A stretch of 64,000 nucleotides of DNA from positions 118,048,001 to 118,112,000 of the forward strand of contig NC_043001.1 of the NCBI RefSeq assembly GCF_006345805.1. The letters run 5' to 3'. The position numbers and the translations under genes were made by a program. The first letter of the stretch is position 1. The number at the start of each line of letters is the position of its first letter. The notes beneath the pieces are model-generated. The model was not told the DNA's origin and searched no databases. It saw only the letters and a program-made list of their open reading frames with translations. This DNA comes from Octopus sinensis (lineage: Eukaryota). Positions 1 through 13,374 of this stretch are shown here, in pieces.

Positions 1-571
1 TCAGCATAGAAAAGTAGATGTAAAATGATGACGATGATAAGATGTGTATGTGCGTGCGTGTAACTTTTTTTCACGTATTAACAAAAATGTAAACATTGGA
101 AGGGAAACAGAAAAACTAATGTTTTCAAATGAAAATATCTTGTATGGCATTTGTTCGATCTGAGTTGCCATCAGGTAATGAACAAGTAACCAATGACATT
201 ATTCCTCAGCAACTGTAACATTAAATGATGGAAGATCAGTTACAGTAGCAGATTAGACTATGTTTCAAGGTACGTTGTTTTACTGCTATTTCTTCATCTA
301 GATGTGTGTGTGTGTGTGTGTGTGTATAAAACAAAATAATTTTAACATCAATTTGAAGCCAACGGCATAAACAGTTTGAAAAGCAACAACATTCTGAACA
401 CGTGTGCGTGTGCATGCATGCACACGCACATGCTTTTTAACTCATGAGTGAGAATGTCAGCCAACATTAATAGCTGGATGCACAAAACTCATAGATACGA
501 GTATGGAATCCAGATAATCTCACACACGCAATTGAACTGATTGAACAAAATTATATAAATATACATATACA

Positions 572-1810
572 CAGGGTGTTCCAAAAAAATGTATACTCAA
601 ATTCAACAATTATAAAGTCAGCATTTATTAAAATAAATTTCATTTGCAAAATTTTGACTTAATTTACAGACAGAATTTAATTTTTATCAACATTTGTTTT
701 CAAACTGATGCGTATCCTGGTTCGGGTCCTGCTGATAATGCAAAGCAATGGAATCACAAACGTCAACAAACAGTTCATCCTGTATCTCGTCACACTCTTT
801 CAATGGCTGCCTTCAATTCATTGTCACCAGTTTTGTACTGTAAACTTTATCTTCCAAGTATCCCCATAAAAACGTCTAGTAGTGTGCAATCCAGTGAACG
901 TACAGGGTATTTTACTGAACCTCTTCATCCAATCTACCTGTTTGACAAGGTAAGTCCTTTCATTATTCTGGTAGAGTGGGGGGCTGCTCCATCTTGTTGG
1001 AAATAAAACACCATGTCTTCGTGTCCTCTTGAATGTGTAGCATGGTAGATTGTCACAGCATGTTCAACTAAATGGGAACAGTCAGAGTACTGCCAAAAAA
1101 GAATGGTCCAATTAATCCTTTTGATAATAAGTCGCATCATATTGTAACTCCTGGTAAATTAGCATGAAATTCCTCTGTAATATGCAGCTTCCAAGGTCTC
1201 CAGTAAATGCAACTGTGGTATTAAATTGAATCATTTAATTCAACTGTAATTCATCACTCCAAACAATCTTTGTTGGAAAGCGTGCCTCTTATACATCTTG
1301 CCAAATACCACATGCAAAAGCCCACTCTTCGGTCGGCACCAGCTTCACTGAGAGCATCGACTATTCTTAGAATATAACTTTTTCAATGATAGCACTCCAA
1401 AATGCAACAGATGCTTAATTTTAAAATTCCTATCTCAGAACCCACTTGTCATACAGATTTTCTTGAACTATAGCAATATGGTTCTAGTACCTTTTCTTGT
1501 TTTGTGGGGATTGTCGATGTAGGTGCACTTCTGGAATGTTTTCTGCAGACATTCTGAACAGTTCTATCTGCTTCAAACTTATCTCTAATTCAAATGATAT
1601 TAAATTGCAGTGGGTTTGCTTGAAACTTCCAACCAAATTCTCTTTGCACTCCAACTATATTTTCAAACTTCCAGTAGCATTTTAGGATAATTTTCCTTTG
1701 TTCAAAGCTTAATCAGGCTTTCTTCATTATTTCTAATGAGGTAAATCTAAAAAGAAATCAAAATTGAGTTATCAGCTGTTAAGTGTGTATACATTTTTTG
1801 GGATCCCCTG
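572..1810 (-). mobile_element. Full-length but degenerate Tc1/mariner-superfamily DNA transposon (maT/DD37D-like)
   Basis: About 27-bp TIRs CAGGGTGTTCCAAAAAAATGTATAC (572) and GTGTATACATTTTTTGGGATCCCCTG (to 1810); TA on the right flank, CA on the left. Minus-strand remnants LSFEQRKIILKCYWKFEN, FYFQQDGAAPH and (W)IG(R)RGSVKYPVRSLD..WGYLEDKVY, with stops and frameshifts. Confidence 0.85.
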
Positions 1811-3477
1811 TATATATTAAACTTTTGATTCAAAAGAAAGAAAATAAAAAAAGTTTCAAAAAATTAAAAAGAAAGGAAATGCAATTTTGCACTACTTGAG
1901 TGAAAAATAATTTTCAGTAAATTTAGTCACAAAGAAAAATATAGCTATTTATAAAGCCAATATAAATTGAAGTAATATTGACGACAGTGTTTGAAGTCAG
2001 TTTCGGAATTATGAAGTTGGAAAGATTAAAGAAACAGGGAAAAAAACTGATATAATATTTTGAAGAACAAGGATGGGTGGTCAAGGTTTAAACTGACAAA
2101 GTCACTGCCTTTGTTGTTGAATAAAGCAATTTCTTGAAAATGTTCACATTCACAAAAGCACACAAAGTTAGTAACTATAAAACATTTTGCAATAAATGAT
2201 GCTTGGCTGTGATTTTCTTTTGATTGATGAAAATCTAATAGGGTGATCAACTAAAATTAGACTCCATCCACTAAAAAAAAATTTTTTAAAAAGCTTCAAG
2301 GAATGTAATATAATTAAAATAAAATTAATTAAGGTAATTGAGATTATTCTATTACCAACTAACTTAGTCTTATTAAAAACTGACCAAACTTGCAGTGCTA
2401 ATAAAATATAACTAATCATTATAGGTTATACCACCTAATACAGTCTATGACATATAATCTATATTATATTATATATAAACAATTCTTGCTGTGAAGAGAT
2501 TTCAAAGCAAACCTAAATATGGTTTCATATACACCCTCACAAACAAATGACCAAGGTGCAATACTTGCCAACCATACAAACAGGGGATCATCATGATCAC
2601 ATAAAATTTACATCTGCAAGTTAAGTACAAGCGCATTGTGATGGCTATTTCATTAGATTTCAGTATTTGCCATAACAGAGAGAGAAAATCTGAATGCTCT
2701 ACTATCGCTGTCCTTATTCCCATTTTCATGATAAATATAACGACAGTTTCATCAGGAGTAATTTCAGATCAGTTATGAGGTATTTGCCTAACAAGTACAG
2801 GTGCCTACCTGCTCATTCATAGATGCTTATTGTCTGTAAAACAAAAGGCACCAATCAAAGCATCAGTTTTATGTTTACAAGATAAAAAGTAAACACTGAA
2901 TTATAAAGATATTATAAAGCTTCAGACCTTAAAAAAAAAACAATCAAAACAACTGTTTTCAGAATTCAAACTATTTATAAAAATAAAAATCATAAATCCT
3001 TTATAAATGCAAAAATATAATGTTTTTAAAAAATGAAAGACATTATATAAATTATGCATGTACCTGTATAAGTGTGCTCTTGCAAGAATGCTTAATTATC
3101 AAGTACATATATTATCAGTCCCTTTGCTTATAAGTTAGAAATATTTTTTGTTTTATGCAGTATACTTGGACAAAGGACTTGATTCAGTTTGCTTGGACCT
3201 TGGGAATATTTTATTGTTGTTTAGCCCCAGGTCAGCTTTGTTAGAGCTGACCCATGATTAGCTCACCCACAATTATACTATCCTGCATACATATATCTTC
3301 TTCTTTTTAAGAAGAGTACAATTTGAAGAGAATGTAGTTGTTATTTATACCAGGTTAAGTAATCACACTAAAGTTTGCTAAGGAGTATAGACATACTCTT
3401 GGTGAAATGCATAACACCTTAAGAGTCTCAATTTTGAAAGGATTATAGATGAAATCTTTGTGTAACTATATACATAT

Positions 3478-3715
3478 GTGGAGGTGCATGGCTTAGTGGT
3501 TAGGGTGTCAGCATCATGATTGTAAGATTGTGGTTTTGATTCCTGGACCAAGCGACGCGTTGTGTTATTGAGTAAAACACTTCATTTCACGTTGCTCCAG
3601 TCCACTCAGCTGGCAAAAATGAATAACGCTGCGATGGACTGGCATCCCATCGAGCTGGGTAACACATACTCCATAGAAACCGGGAAACTGGACCCATGAG
3701 CCTGGCTAGGCTTTG
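3478..3715 (+). mobile_element. tRNA-derived SINE with CORE-like central domain
   Basis: A-box-like TGGCTTAGTGG, degenerate B-box, then TTGTGTTATTGAGTAAAACACTTCATTTCACGTTGCTCCAGTCCACTCAGCTG, shared with the copy at 9043. Confidence 0.7.
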
Positions 3716-6029
3716 CATTTATTTACTTACATATAAATATGTGTGTATGCATGGTAGGTGTAGTTAGATAAGCTATCAGACTACCAGCCAAAGTGTAAAT
3801 AGTTTGTCTATCATCACTGTTACTGTGTTATGTTTGTAGCCAAAACAATGAAGATTCTAAAGCACTGTCCATCTAGCAATGCAGAAGATAGAAGGGAATG
3901 ATACAGCCTCTACTAAGCAATAAGAGAGTTGTTAAATTATTTCATGCTCTCCAAGTATTAGTGGTTAATTCTGTAATCTTACAGGATCACTGAAGAACCA
4001 CTTGAAACAAATTGAATGATTCAATAGAGGAATGCATTGAAGTGCTTTTCTTATTTTCCTCTCCTAACTTATGAAGAGACATGAACTCAGCACTACAAGA
4101 TAATGAAGCATTACTAATTGCAATGCTACAACAAAAGGAGGCATGATGTGTACCACCCTCAAAACTTGTATATTGAGTCAAATGTATTGGTCTCAAGACA
4201 CAATAAGGAGGCACATAAAAGAGGCAGGAGATTCAGTTCCCCATCAACTCTCTGAACTCAAACCACAAAAAAATTAGCGTTACTCCTGAAGTAAAGATTA
4301 CTGGTTCATTAATGCATACACATCATTAAAAATTCAAGCAACTATTTATCTCAGATAAAAATAGCCACAAGCATGTATGCATGCACACACATACACTCAC
4401 ACATACATATACAGTTTAATTTTTATTCTTTAAATTGTTTCAGCTTCAAAGCTGCGGTCATGCTGGGCACCACCATTGATCATATTGGCTATTTTTAAAA
4501 TCAAAATGATCAACTGTAGATATCAAAACCACAAATTGTAAATTTCAAGTCAAGCATAATCATTTAGTGCTACTCCAGGCAATCCTTGTTTCAAGAAACC
4601 ACGAAATAACGATCTATAAAAATAATAGATTTTTTCATAATATAATGCAACTTTATAATAAAATACTCGAAAACACCAAGATATATAAATAGATATTTAA
4701 AAAAAAAAATTAATAAATGATTTATAAAAGAAAAAATGGGTAATCTTATATATAAAATGTTGATAATCCGAAAGATAAAAACAGGAAAAAAATAAAACCA
4801 TCATGGAAAGAAAAAATAGCTCCATTTTTCTTTATAATTATTTATAAATATGTATTTATAAATAAAGCATTAAGCAATGGAAAAATATAAGTGTAGGTAT
4901 AAATGAAATAAACTCAACTTGGTAGTATTCAGCATGAACATTTTTTTTCAAATTTTGGATTAAGAGTAATATCATGTACACACATACACACAAACCCAAA
5001 ATGTATAAACTGAAATTAAAAATTTACACATAGAGTGTATAAAGTGAAATTATATACACACAGTGTCTAAATTGAAATCATATAGATGTATGTATGTATG
5101 TATGTATACACACACAGAATTATCACATATCATACAATGTAAACCAAACAACTTGCTGATGTAATCTTCAGAAAGTTGTTCACTGCATCCAATACAGTTA
5201 ACGAAATTGACCGACATTTAATCATGTCTTCTGTCATACACAAACCATAGTTCACACACACACACACATATTCAGGGATGTTCCAGTTACAAGTCTTCAC
5301 TACTCTATATTCTAAATACTGTACATAGCCATATAATCCTCTCCATACCAGCCTACCCAGGCTACCTCTGGTACCATAATACAAAACTTCTCATTTTTAA
5401 AATGTTGATATGTATATTTAAAAGATTCCATTATAATTTTAAGTAAGAACTTTTAAGTTATGTTCCAAACAACAGCCTAAAGTTATTTTACTAAATCCTA
5501 CAAATTCTGGATTATTTTCAAAATTAATTGAAACATACAAGACATAACAAATATGGTAACATATTCCATTTTATCTTATTAACACATAGATTTAAGAGTT
5601 GTACAGTACCACAGGTCTCAATGTGTATACATAAATATTCAAACTATTTGCTCAGCTATGTTGGGGCTTGGTTCTCAGAGCAACAGAAATAATAAAAATA
5701 ATGGTGCCTTAGAAGTTAAACCTATTCAAGGTATATTTGGGACATTGGTACCAAATATATTATCAGTTTTGCCCTACTAGCTCTAGATCTGGTGATATGG
5801 CATATCAGTTTCTAAGCTAGTGTGTACTGAAATTAGGGATACCAGTTGCATCTTCCTTCAAATTTCACTTCTAACCAGATAGTTTCAGTCATCAATAGCT
5901 AAAACAAAATGTTAGATGAGACTTTATATCTCTAAAGTGGTATCTACAAATTTTAACGTATACAAAGTGAATCTAATTTAAACTAATTGTTAGCTTAGCA
6001 GATGCAATAAACATGATGGCTTCCTAATG

Positions 6030-7130
6030 AAAAAGGTGCATGAACCATTGAAATGTCATGTTACATTTGAGACAAGTACACCATGAATGAACATAGGAAA
6101 CCTATTTCAGACATTTTAAAACAGAGTATATCTCGCAAATTTAAAAGTATATCTTGGAGGTCAAGATAAATCATGGACTTTCCATATGCAAGCAAAACTT
6201 GCATGGAACCTTTGTAGCAATAGAAGTAGAAAGAGGAGCTACTTGAAATATGAAGTACTACATTATGATGATTATTACTTCTGTCAAGTCAATATCAAGG
6301 GCATCAAGTGAAATTAGGGAAGAAATGATGGCCTAGATCAGTGAGGGGATCTGTTCCTTGCTCAGATGAAATATCAATTCTATCTTTCAGCCACCTGACA
6401 GAGCTTCTAACTGATGAACAGGGATCACTTGTGTCTGATGATGCAGACTGTAACAGAAATGGAAAAAGTGACAAGGATTTTCAAAGAACTATATCAAGTA
6501 ACATTTTAACCAAGTTGAATTCTGTACTGCTGGCCTCCAGGTTGAAAGAGAAGAATTTACTTCATTCTGGAACCAAAATTATATCATTAACATAACAGGA
6601 AAAAGATATGCTTCCTTTTAAGACAACAAACAAATGATGTCAAAGGGAAATAGAACTATCAGAATGTATCTCAACTGAATAGTGGCTTCTTCACTGCCAG
6701 ATTCAAATGAAATTTAATATGTTCCTTTTACACAACAGTTGACAAATATGGCTCAATTGCAATTTGTCACCCAACCAATATGAAAGAAGAGTACAAAACA
6801 TTCACTCTAGTCTTGAATAACTAAAGGGGATTTGAGTTGCCCTAAAGATGGTGAGTCTTCATGTTGGTCAACAAAGCAGACAAAATATCTATGCATTTTA
6901 TGACTTTGAGACAGCAGAGTCAAAGCTGACCAACAGATAGGTAAAAGTGGCCTTTGAGAGAATATACAGTTGTTACGTTAAAAAGGAATTAACCGAAGGT
7001 TGATAGAGGAAAACATTATCCTACCATTATTACATATCAAACTTGGCCTCATGAAACCATAAAAAAAAACAAAAAAAAATTAAGAAAAGGGACTTTTTGA
7101 TGGTCCTCATAAAAAAGCTAAGTATACCCA
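6030..7130 (+). mobile_element. Degenerate Chapaev3-like (CMC/Transib-RAG1-related) transposase relic
   Basis: Ordered motifs KRCMNH, GQDKSW, HYDDYYFCQVNIKG, LASRLKEKNLL, MKEEYK, LKMVSLHVGQQS..DSRVK, ILPLLHIKLGLMK, FDGPH. These match the DQDKSWAPH / DDCYFC / DLKMV..LGQQSGYTKYPCFLC / LPPLHIKLGLMK family as I recall it. No TIRs found. Confidence 0.7.
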
Positions 7131-7158
7131 AATATTGACCTTGTATAACACCAAAATG

Positions 7159-7191
<33 letters not shown>

Positions 7192-7234
7192 GGGGAGTTT
7201 TGGTCTTTCTGCACTTTGACATTGTTATTTCCAT

Positions 7235-7560
7235 TATAATAATAAAATAATAATGAAATTATTGTATACAGTGCTCAGGTGCACCACAACTTGTCAGAAA
7301 GTGCATATAAAGTACATGTAGTAATGTAGAAATGTCTGGAAAGCGAACAATGTATGAGTCAGATACATGCTTGCGTGTGTGTATGGAGGGGAGAAAATCA
7401 GTTGTAGAGTTGGTGAATCTCAGGAAACATGGAAGTTTTGAAGGATGCAGTGCTCCGACAACTAACAACTGATGCCGGCAGTTTGTTCCATGCTTCAGCA
7501 ACTCTTCACATGAAAAAATGTTTCCTGAAGTCATGGGAGCTGTGCATAACATTCTTTTAA
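7235..7560 (-). mobile_element. 3' end of CR1-like LINE
   Basis: Minus strand reads RVAEAWNKLPASVVSCRSTASFKTSM, then a UTR and a TAT/ATT tail. Near-identical copy at 56625-56908. Confidence 0.75.
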
Positions 7561-7984
7561 AAGAACCAGCAAAGTATGTGTCATGTCAGGCATAGAAACT
7601 GAAGCATGTCGTGTGGTTTATAAGACTTTAAAAAACTTCTAACCCATGATCATATGGTCAATAATCAAACAACCTTAATCTCTCAGAAATTTATAAGGTG
7701 GATATATACAAATGCGTGCATTTACATAGATATTCTATAAGGTCATAAAGCACAGGAATGGTAGAGCAACAGCCAGTACTGGGATCAATATAACCTTTGA
7801 AGTTGTTGCTCCAGCATGGCTACAGTGCAATGACAAAAATCAGTAAAAGAAAGCAATGGATGAACTCTCAATTTCAATGAATAAGCATTAGAGTTGTTTC
7901 ATAAATGAAATTATAAACTAAACATACTGAGTATTCCACACATGCACGAACCCTTCATGAATCAGCATGACACAGTGTGATGTA

Positions 7985-8998
7985 TGGCTGCTCTTTCCAA
8001 GTTTTCCAGCTATGCCAAGGTCACACAGTTTGTGGCTATCATACCATGATCCACTTTGTCAAAAGCTTTTGCAAAATCAAGGTATATTACGTCCACATTT
8101 GAGTTATTGAGTAACTGCCTCAACACCCAGTCATAATGTTGTAAGAGCTGGGTCAGGCAGCTCCTACCTGGTCGAAAACCATGCTGAGTATCACTCAGCA
8201 AGTTATTTTCTTCAAGGAATGCAATTAGTTTCCCTCTGACTATCTGTTCCATGACTTTGCTGACATGTGAAGTCAGAGAGATAGGCCTATAGTTTTTGGC
8301 ATCTGCTCTACTTCCCCCTTTATGTATTGGGCATATTATTCCCACCTTCAGCTTGCTTCGCAGTTTGCCATTTGTAAGAAAGCTCTGGAAGAGAATCGGG
8401 AGGGGTTTTGCCAGGGCATGCTTACACGATTTGAGGAGGATTGCTGGGAGACCATCAGGACCAGCAGTTGAGTCTGTGTCCACTTCATCTATGGCTAGTA
8501 GTATATCTTCTTCGCTAATGTCAATGTATTCCATTGTAACTGCCTCGCTGGTTATAGGTGAGGCAGCAAAGAAGTCCACTGGTTTGTTCACTTGTCTGTG
8601 TTCCAACGGGGTGGTAGAAACACTTTTGAACTGGTCATTCAGTATCTCACTGATCTTAGTTGGACTGTCTGTGAGGGATCCATCTTTTTGGAGGAGGAGT
8701 CCTATCTTGTACTGTACTGAGGCTGTTTCTTTCGCGTAATGAAAGAAGGCCTTTGGGTTTGACTTAATGTTTTTTATAACCCAGGCTTCTTTGTCTGCTT
8801 TCTCCCTCACATAGGATTGTTGCAGCCTTTTTTCAATTCCATCAGTGTTGTTTTTAGGTGGGAGGTTTCGCTACTTTTGGGATGTTGATTGAGTCGATTT
8901 GCAACCTTCGTCCGTTGTCTCATGAGTATCTTCCTCTCCCTTGGAATACTGTTCCTATTTGTTTTGGCCTTGTACTCTGGGACATATTTCTGGCATTT
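7985..8998 (-). mobile_element. Jockey/CR1-group LINE reverse-transcriptase fragment
   Basis: ORF 8010-8810: GPDGLPAILLK, NYRPISLTSHVSKVME, QHGFRPGRSCLTQLL, DVIYLDFAKAFDKVDH; truncated at both ends. Confidence 0.9.
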
Positions 8999-9042
8999 GT
9001 GTGTATATATATATATATATACACACACATATATATATATGA

Positions 9043-9395
9043 AGGCGCGTGGCTCAGTGGTTAGAGCGTCGAGCTTACGATCGTGAGGTTGTGAGCTCGA
9101 ATCCCGGACCGGGCTGCGTGTTGTGTTCTTGAACAAGACACTTTATTTTTCACGTTGCTCCAGTTCACTCAGCTGTAGAAATGAGTTGCGACGTCACAGG
9201 TGCCAAGCTGTATTGGCCCTTGCCTTTCCCTTGGACAACATCGGTGACGTGGAGAGGGGAGGCCGGTATGCATGGGCGACTGCTGGTCTTCCATAAAAAA
9301 AAAAAAAACAACCTTGCCCAGACTTGTGCCTCAGAGGGTAACTCTCTAGGTGCAAACCCATGGTCAGTGTCTGACCGAAGGGGGTCACTACACTA
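9043..9395 (+). mobile_element. Young tRNA-derived SINE (CpG-rich)
   Basis: GGCGCGTGGCTCAGTGGTTAGAGC (A-box), GCTCGAATCCC (B-box-like), CORE-like block and a conserved 3' body GGTGCCAAGCTGTAT...GCATGGGCGACTGCTGGTCTTCC; ends in a (TA)n tract. Confidence 0.8.
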
Positions 9396-9397
9396 CT

Positions 9398-9423
9398 ATA
9401 TATATACACACACACAAATTACA

Positions 9424-9463
<40 letters not shown>

Positions 9464-9677
9464 CACACATTATATATAAATGCATTATATATATACATCA
9501 TATATATCTATACATAATATACTTATATATACATTATATATATACTTATAAAATTATAAATGAGGGTGAAAAATCGATATTAATTTAATAATACCGTCAA
9601 TTTAACACCAAGTGGCTTAGCACAAAAAACTACGGAGAAAATACATATATATCTATACATAATATACTTATATATAC

Positions 9678-9724
<47 letters not shown>

Positions 9725-9763
9725 TATATACATTATATAAATATCTTATATACTTATATATAC

Positions 9764-9800
<37 letters not shown>

Positions 9801-10172
9801 TATATAAATATCTATACACATTATACATATATACATACAATATATATATATGTATATATATATACAATGTATATACATATATATATATATACATATATAT
9901 GTATATACATACATATACCGGAGGAAACACATAAATGTGAAACAGGGTGGAAAAAAAGAGTACTCAAACACCAGAGGTAAATATGCTTTACTTAAAAGCA
10001 CCAGAAATATAACAAAAGCTGTTACTCAGAGTTTCATGTTCCTGTTCATCAGAGTTTTGTTATACATATACACATATATATACATATGTATACATATATA
10101 TGTATATATATATATATACATATATATATACATATACATATATATATATATATATATAATACATATATATAC

Positions 10173-10203
<31 letters not shown>

Positions 10204-10560
10204 CATATATATACATATATATATGTATATATTATATATATATATATCTATACATAATATACTTATATATACATTATATATATATATACATATATATACA
10301 TATATATACATATACACATATATATACATATATATACATATGTATACATATATATATATATACATATACACATATACATACATATATACATATATATATA
10401 TACAGATATATATACATATATACATATATACAGATATATATACATATATACATATATACAGATATATATACATATACACAGATATAAACATACATATACA
10501 TTTTTTATACACAGATACATATACATATTTTATATACACACATACATATATATACATATG
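9398..10560. repeat. Compound (TA)n/(TACA)n low-complexity tracts
   Basis: Directly visible; source of many spurious Y/I-rich ORFs. Similar tracts at 12700-13100, 13800-14000, 24340-24800 and 30890-32130. Confidence 0.95.
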
Positions 10561-11040
10561 AGAGTATTGTAGTTCGCTTGTATTGTTTGTAAAGAATAAA
10601 AAGTTTTGAATGGTACAACAATGCACTATAATACAAACAATGGTCCATATACCTGTTGTAATTTAGTATCCATAGTGTGATCACATTTCTGAATAAAACT
10701 GCTTTTAGATGGAGTCGCTGCCATAATCAGCCCTCCAACGGCTTTTCCTGTTTTTTTCGGAAGCGCCTCAGCAGCAGTCTCGAGAAGCCCCCTCCAGAAC
10801 TCTTCATATAAAATTAAGTACGCCAATGTGACTTTTCAAAATTGTAATATATGTATAGGGTGCATAATTTACTCACACACACACACAATCGTCTCTATAA
10901 TTAAACATTCAATGGTGAATGCATGATAGAGAACTCTTCAAATCATAGAGGTGTTACAGCCTTTGCCATGCATAAATTAGTTAATTTTATATAATTCAGA
11001 GGTATTTACTAATGACCCCTAACACACACAATTTAAACAT

Positions 11041-11278
11041 GTATGTGCCGGTGGCACGTAAAAAGCACCATCCGATCGTGGCCGTTTGCCACCCTCGTCT
11101 AGCACGTAAAAAGCACCCACTACACTCACGGAGTGGTTGGCGTTAGGAAGGGCATCCAGCTATAGAAACACTGCCAGATCAGGCTGGGCCTGGCGCAGCC
11201 TCCTGGCTTCCCAGACCCCAGTTGAACCGTCCAACCCATGCTAGCATGGAAAGCAGGCATTAAACGATGATAATGAGT
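11041..11278 (+). mobile_element. RTE LINE 3'-UTR-only copy (or RTE-tailed SINE)
   Basis: GCCGGTGGCACGTAAAAAGCACC...GGTTGGCGTTAGGAAGGGCATCCAGC...AAACGATGAT tail; same sequence as the 3' end (28821-29033) of the long RTE. Confidence 0.8.
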
Positions 11279-11876
11279 ATGACCTGCATGTCAATAGGTA
11301 GAATATAAAGAAATACATTAAATGCTGCTCTACTGAGGTATAGCTTATGCACAGACAAAAGCAGCATTTTCACATCAAGTTTCCTATGACCACATACCTT
11401 CACACAATAATACATACATACACACACAATATATATATATATTCATATATTATTATGAAGTAGGAAAATAGGGAGATTTAATGCATATTAATTAATTTAC
11501 TAACTAATTAATATTGCTTACACTTCTTTCACTTCACACCCAGTATAAATTGCAAAACATAAGTTTGCATTTTGTAGATCCTGAGCGATCAGCGTAACTT
11601 CTAGAAAACTATTCCTATAATGAGTTTGAATAGCCAGATAGCGACTACTACATGCATATATATCTGCACACATACATATACACATATATATATACACACA
11701 TACATGTACACATATATATATACACACACACACACACACATATATCTATATATATATGTATAAACATACCTGGAAGAGGATGCATGGCATTCAATCGTAT
11801 AATAATATAAATTATGTATGTGTATATAAATATATATATACATATATACATATGTATATGTACATACTTACATCTA

Positions 11877-11920
<44 letters not shown>

Positions 11921-11965
11921 TACATATACATATATACATATGTATATGTACATACTTACATCTAT

Positions 11966-12392
11966 ATCATCATCATCGTTTAACGTCCGCCTTCCATGCT
12001 AGCATGGGTTGGACGGTTCAACTGGAGTCTGGGGAGCCCGAAGGCTGCACCAGGCCAGTCAGATCTGGCAGTGTTTCTACAGCTGGATGCCCTTCCTAAC
12101 GCCAACCACTCCGAGAGTGTAGTGGGTGATTTTATGTGCCACCGACACAGGTGCCAGATGAGGCTGGCGAACGGCTACACTCGGATGGTGTTTTTTATGT
12201 GCCACCGACACAGGTGCCAGGCGAGGCTGGCAAACGGCCACGATCGGATGGTGTTTGTTACGTGCCCACAGCACGGAGGCCAGTTGATGCGGTACTGGCT
12301 ATGGCCACGTTCAGATGGTTTTCTTAGGTGCCACCGGCACTGGTACCACAAAGATACAAATTCCATTGATGTTCATCTATTTTGATTTGGTT
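11966..12392 (-). mobile_element. RTE LINE 3' end with several internal GTGCCGGTGGCAC-type units
   Basis: CATCATCATCGTTTAACGTCCGC tail on the left; body matches the RTE 3' UTR in reverse orientation. Confidence 0.8.
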
Positions 12393-12441
12393 TGATTATA
12401 TATACATATGTATATGTACATACTTACATCTATATGTGTGT

Positions 12442-12475
<34 letters not shown>

Positions 12476-12519
12476 ATATATATACATATGTATACGTACA
12501 TACTTACATCTATATGTGT

Positions 12520-12710
12520 TTGTCTGGCACCTGTGCAGGTGACACGTAAAAAGCACCCACTACATTCACGGAGTGGTTGGCGTTAGGAAGGGCATCCAGC
12601 CGTAGAAACACTGCCAAATCTGACTGGGCCTGATGAAGCCTCCCGGCTTCACAGACCCCAATTAAACCGTCCAACCCATGCTAGCATGGAAAACGGACGC
12701 TAAATGATGT
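12520..12710 (+). mobile_element. RTE LINE 3'-UTR-only copy
   Basis: Same family as 11041-11278; ends AAATGATG. Confidence 0.8.
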
Positions 12711-12739
12711 ATTGATATGTATATGTACATACTTACATC

Positions 12740-12780
<41 letters not shown>

Positions 12781-12801
12781 GTATATGTACATACTTACAT
12801 C

Positions 12802-12862
<61 letters not shown>

Positions 12863-12883
12863 GTATATGTACATACTTACGTG

Positions 12884-12914
<31 letters not shown>

Positions 12915-13374
12915 GTATATGTATATACTTACATCTATATGTGTGTATATATATATATATATACACAGGTTTATAGCTTTATGTTTATAGAGTGTATGTG
13001 CGTGCATACACACACACATACATATATACATACATACATGCATACACAGGCGTATGTACGTACATGCATACGTACATACATACACACATGTATGCATACA
13101 TACACACATACATACGTACATATATATGACGAACTAACTGTTACTTTCTCAGATGCAGCACGGATTTTTGTCAGTGAACAGGTCGCGGATTTTAGCCCCG
13201 AAAATATTTTGACAAGTTAAACTTAAATGTTGAAGTGAATCGAACGGCTTTTGTGTGTTTCTTAAATGGCTTATAAACACCTTCCACGCTGCAATTGTTA
13301 TATATATATATGCATCCATACATATGGCATAGTGGTTATATATATATATATATATATATATATGCATCCATACA

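Larger units (their letters stand above)
11835..12950. repeat. Minisatellite: ~38-bp core TATACATATGTATATGTACATACTTACATCTATATGTG separated by variable (TA)n, interrupted by two RTE tails
   Basis: Core seen about 8 times (near 11840, 11930, 12400, 12480, 12715, 12772, 12855, 12907). Confidence 0.8.

Noticed and set aside
2810-2833. Minus-strand acceptor ttttgttttacag followed by a short exon
   Set aside because: Stops in all frames and no match to the CFIm25 C-terminus FNFIYN.
3985-4285. Minus-strand segment with ctttacttcag acceptor and CCT|gtaaga donor
   Set aside because: In phase 0 after NUDT21 exon 3 it reads GAG TAA; other frames give short peptides with no CFIm25 similarity. No support beyond the splice-like motifs.
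8296-8739. 147-aa plus-strand ORF (likewise 26575-26994, 50376-50867, 63664-63978)
   Set aside because: Antisense shadows of LINE RT reading frames.
12630-12655. CTGATGA-AGCC-TCCC-GGCT hairpin resembling a hammerhead
   Set aside because: No GAAA after the stem; it is a mutated part of the RTE tail (CTGGTGCAGCC in sister copies).
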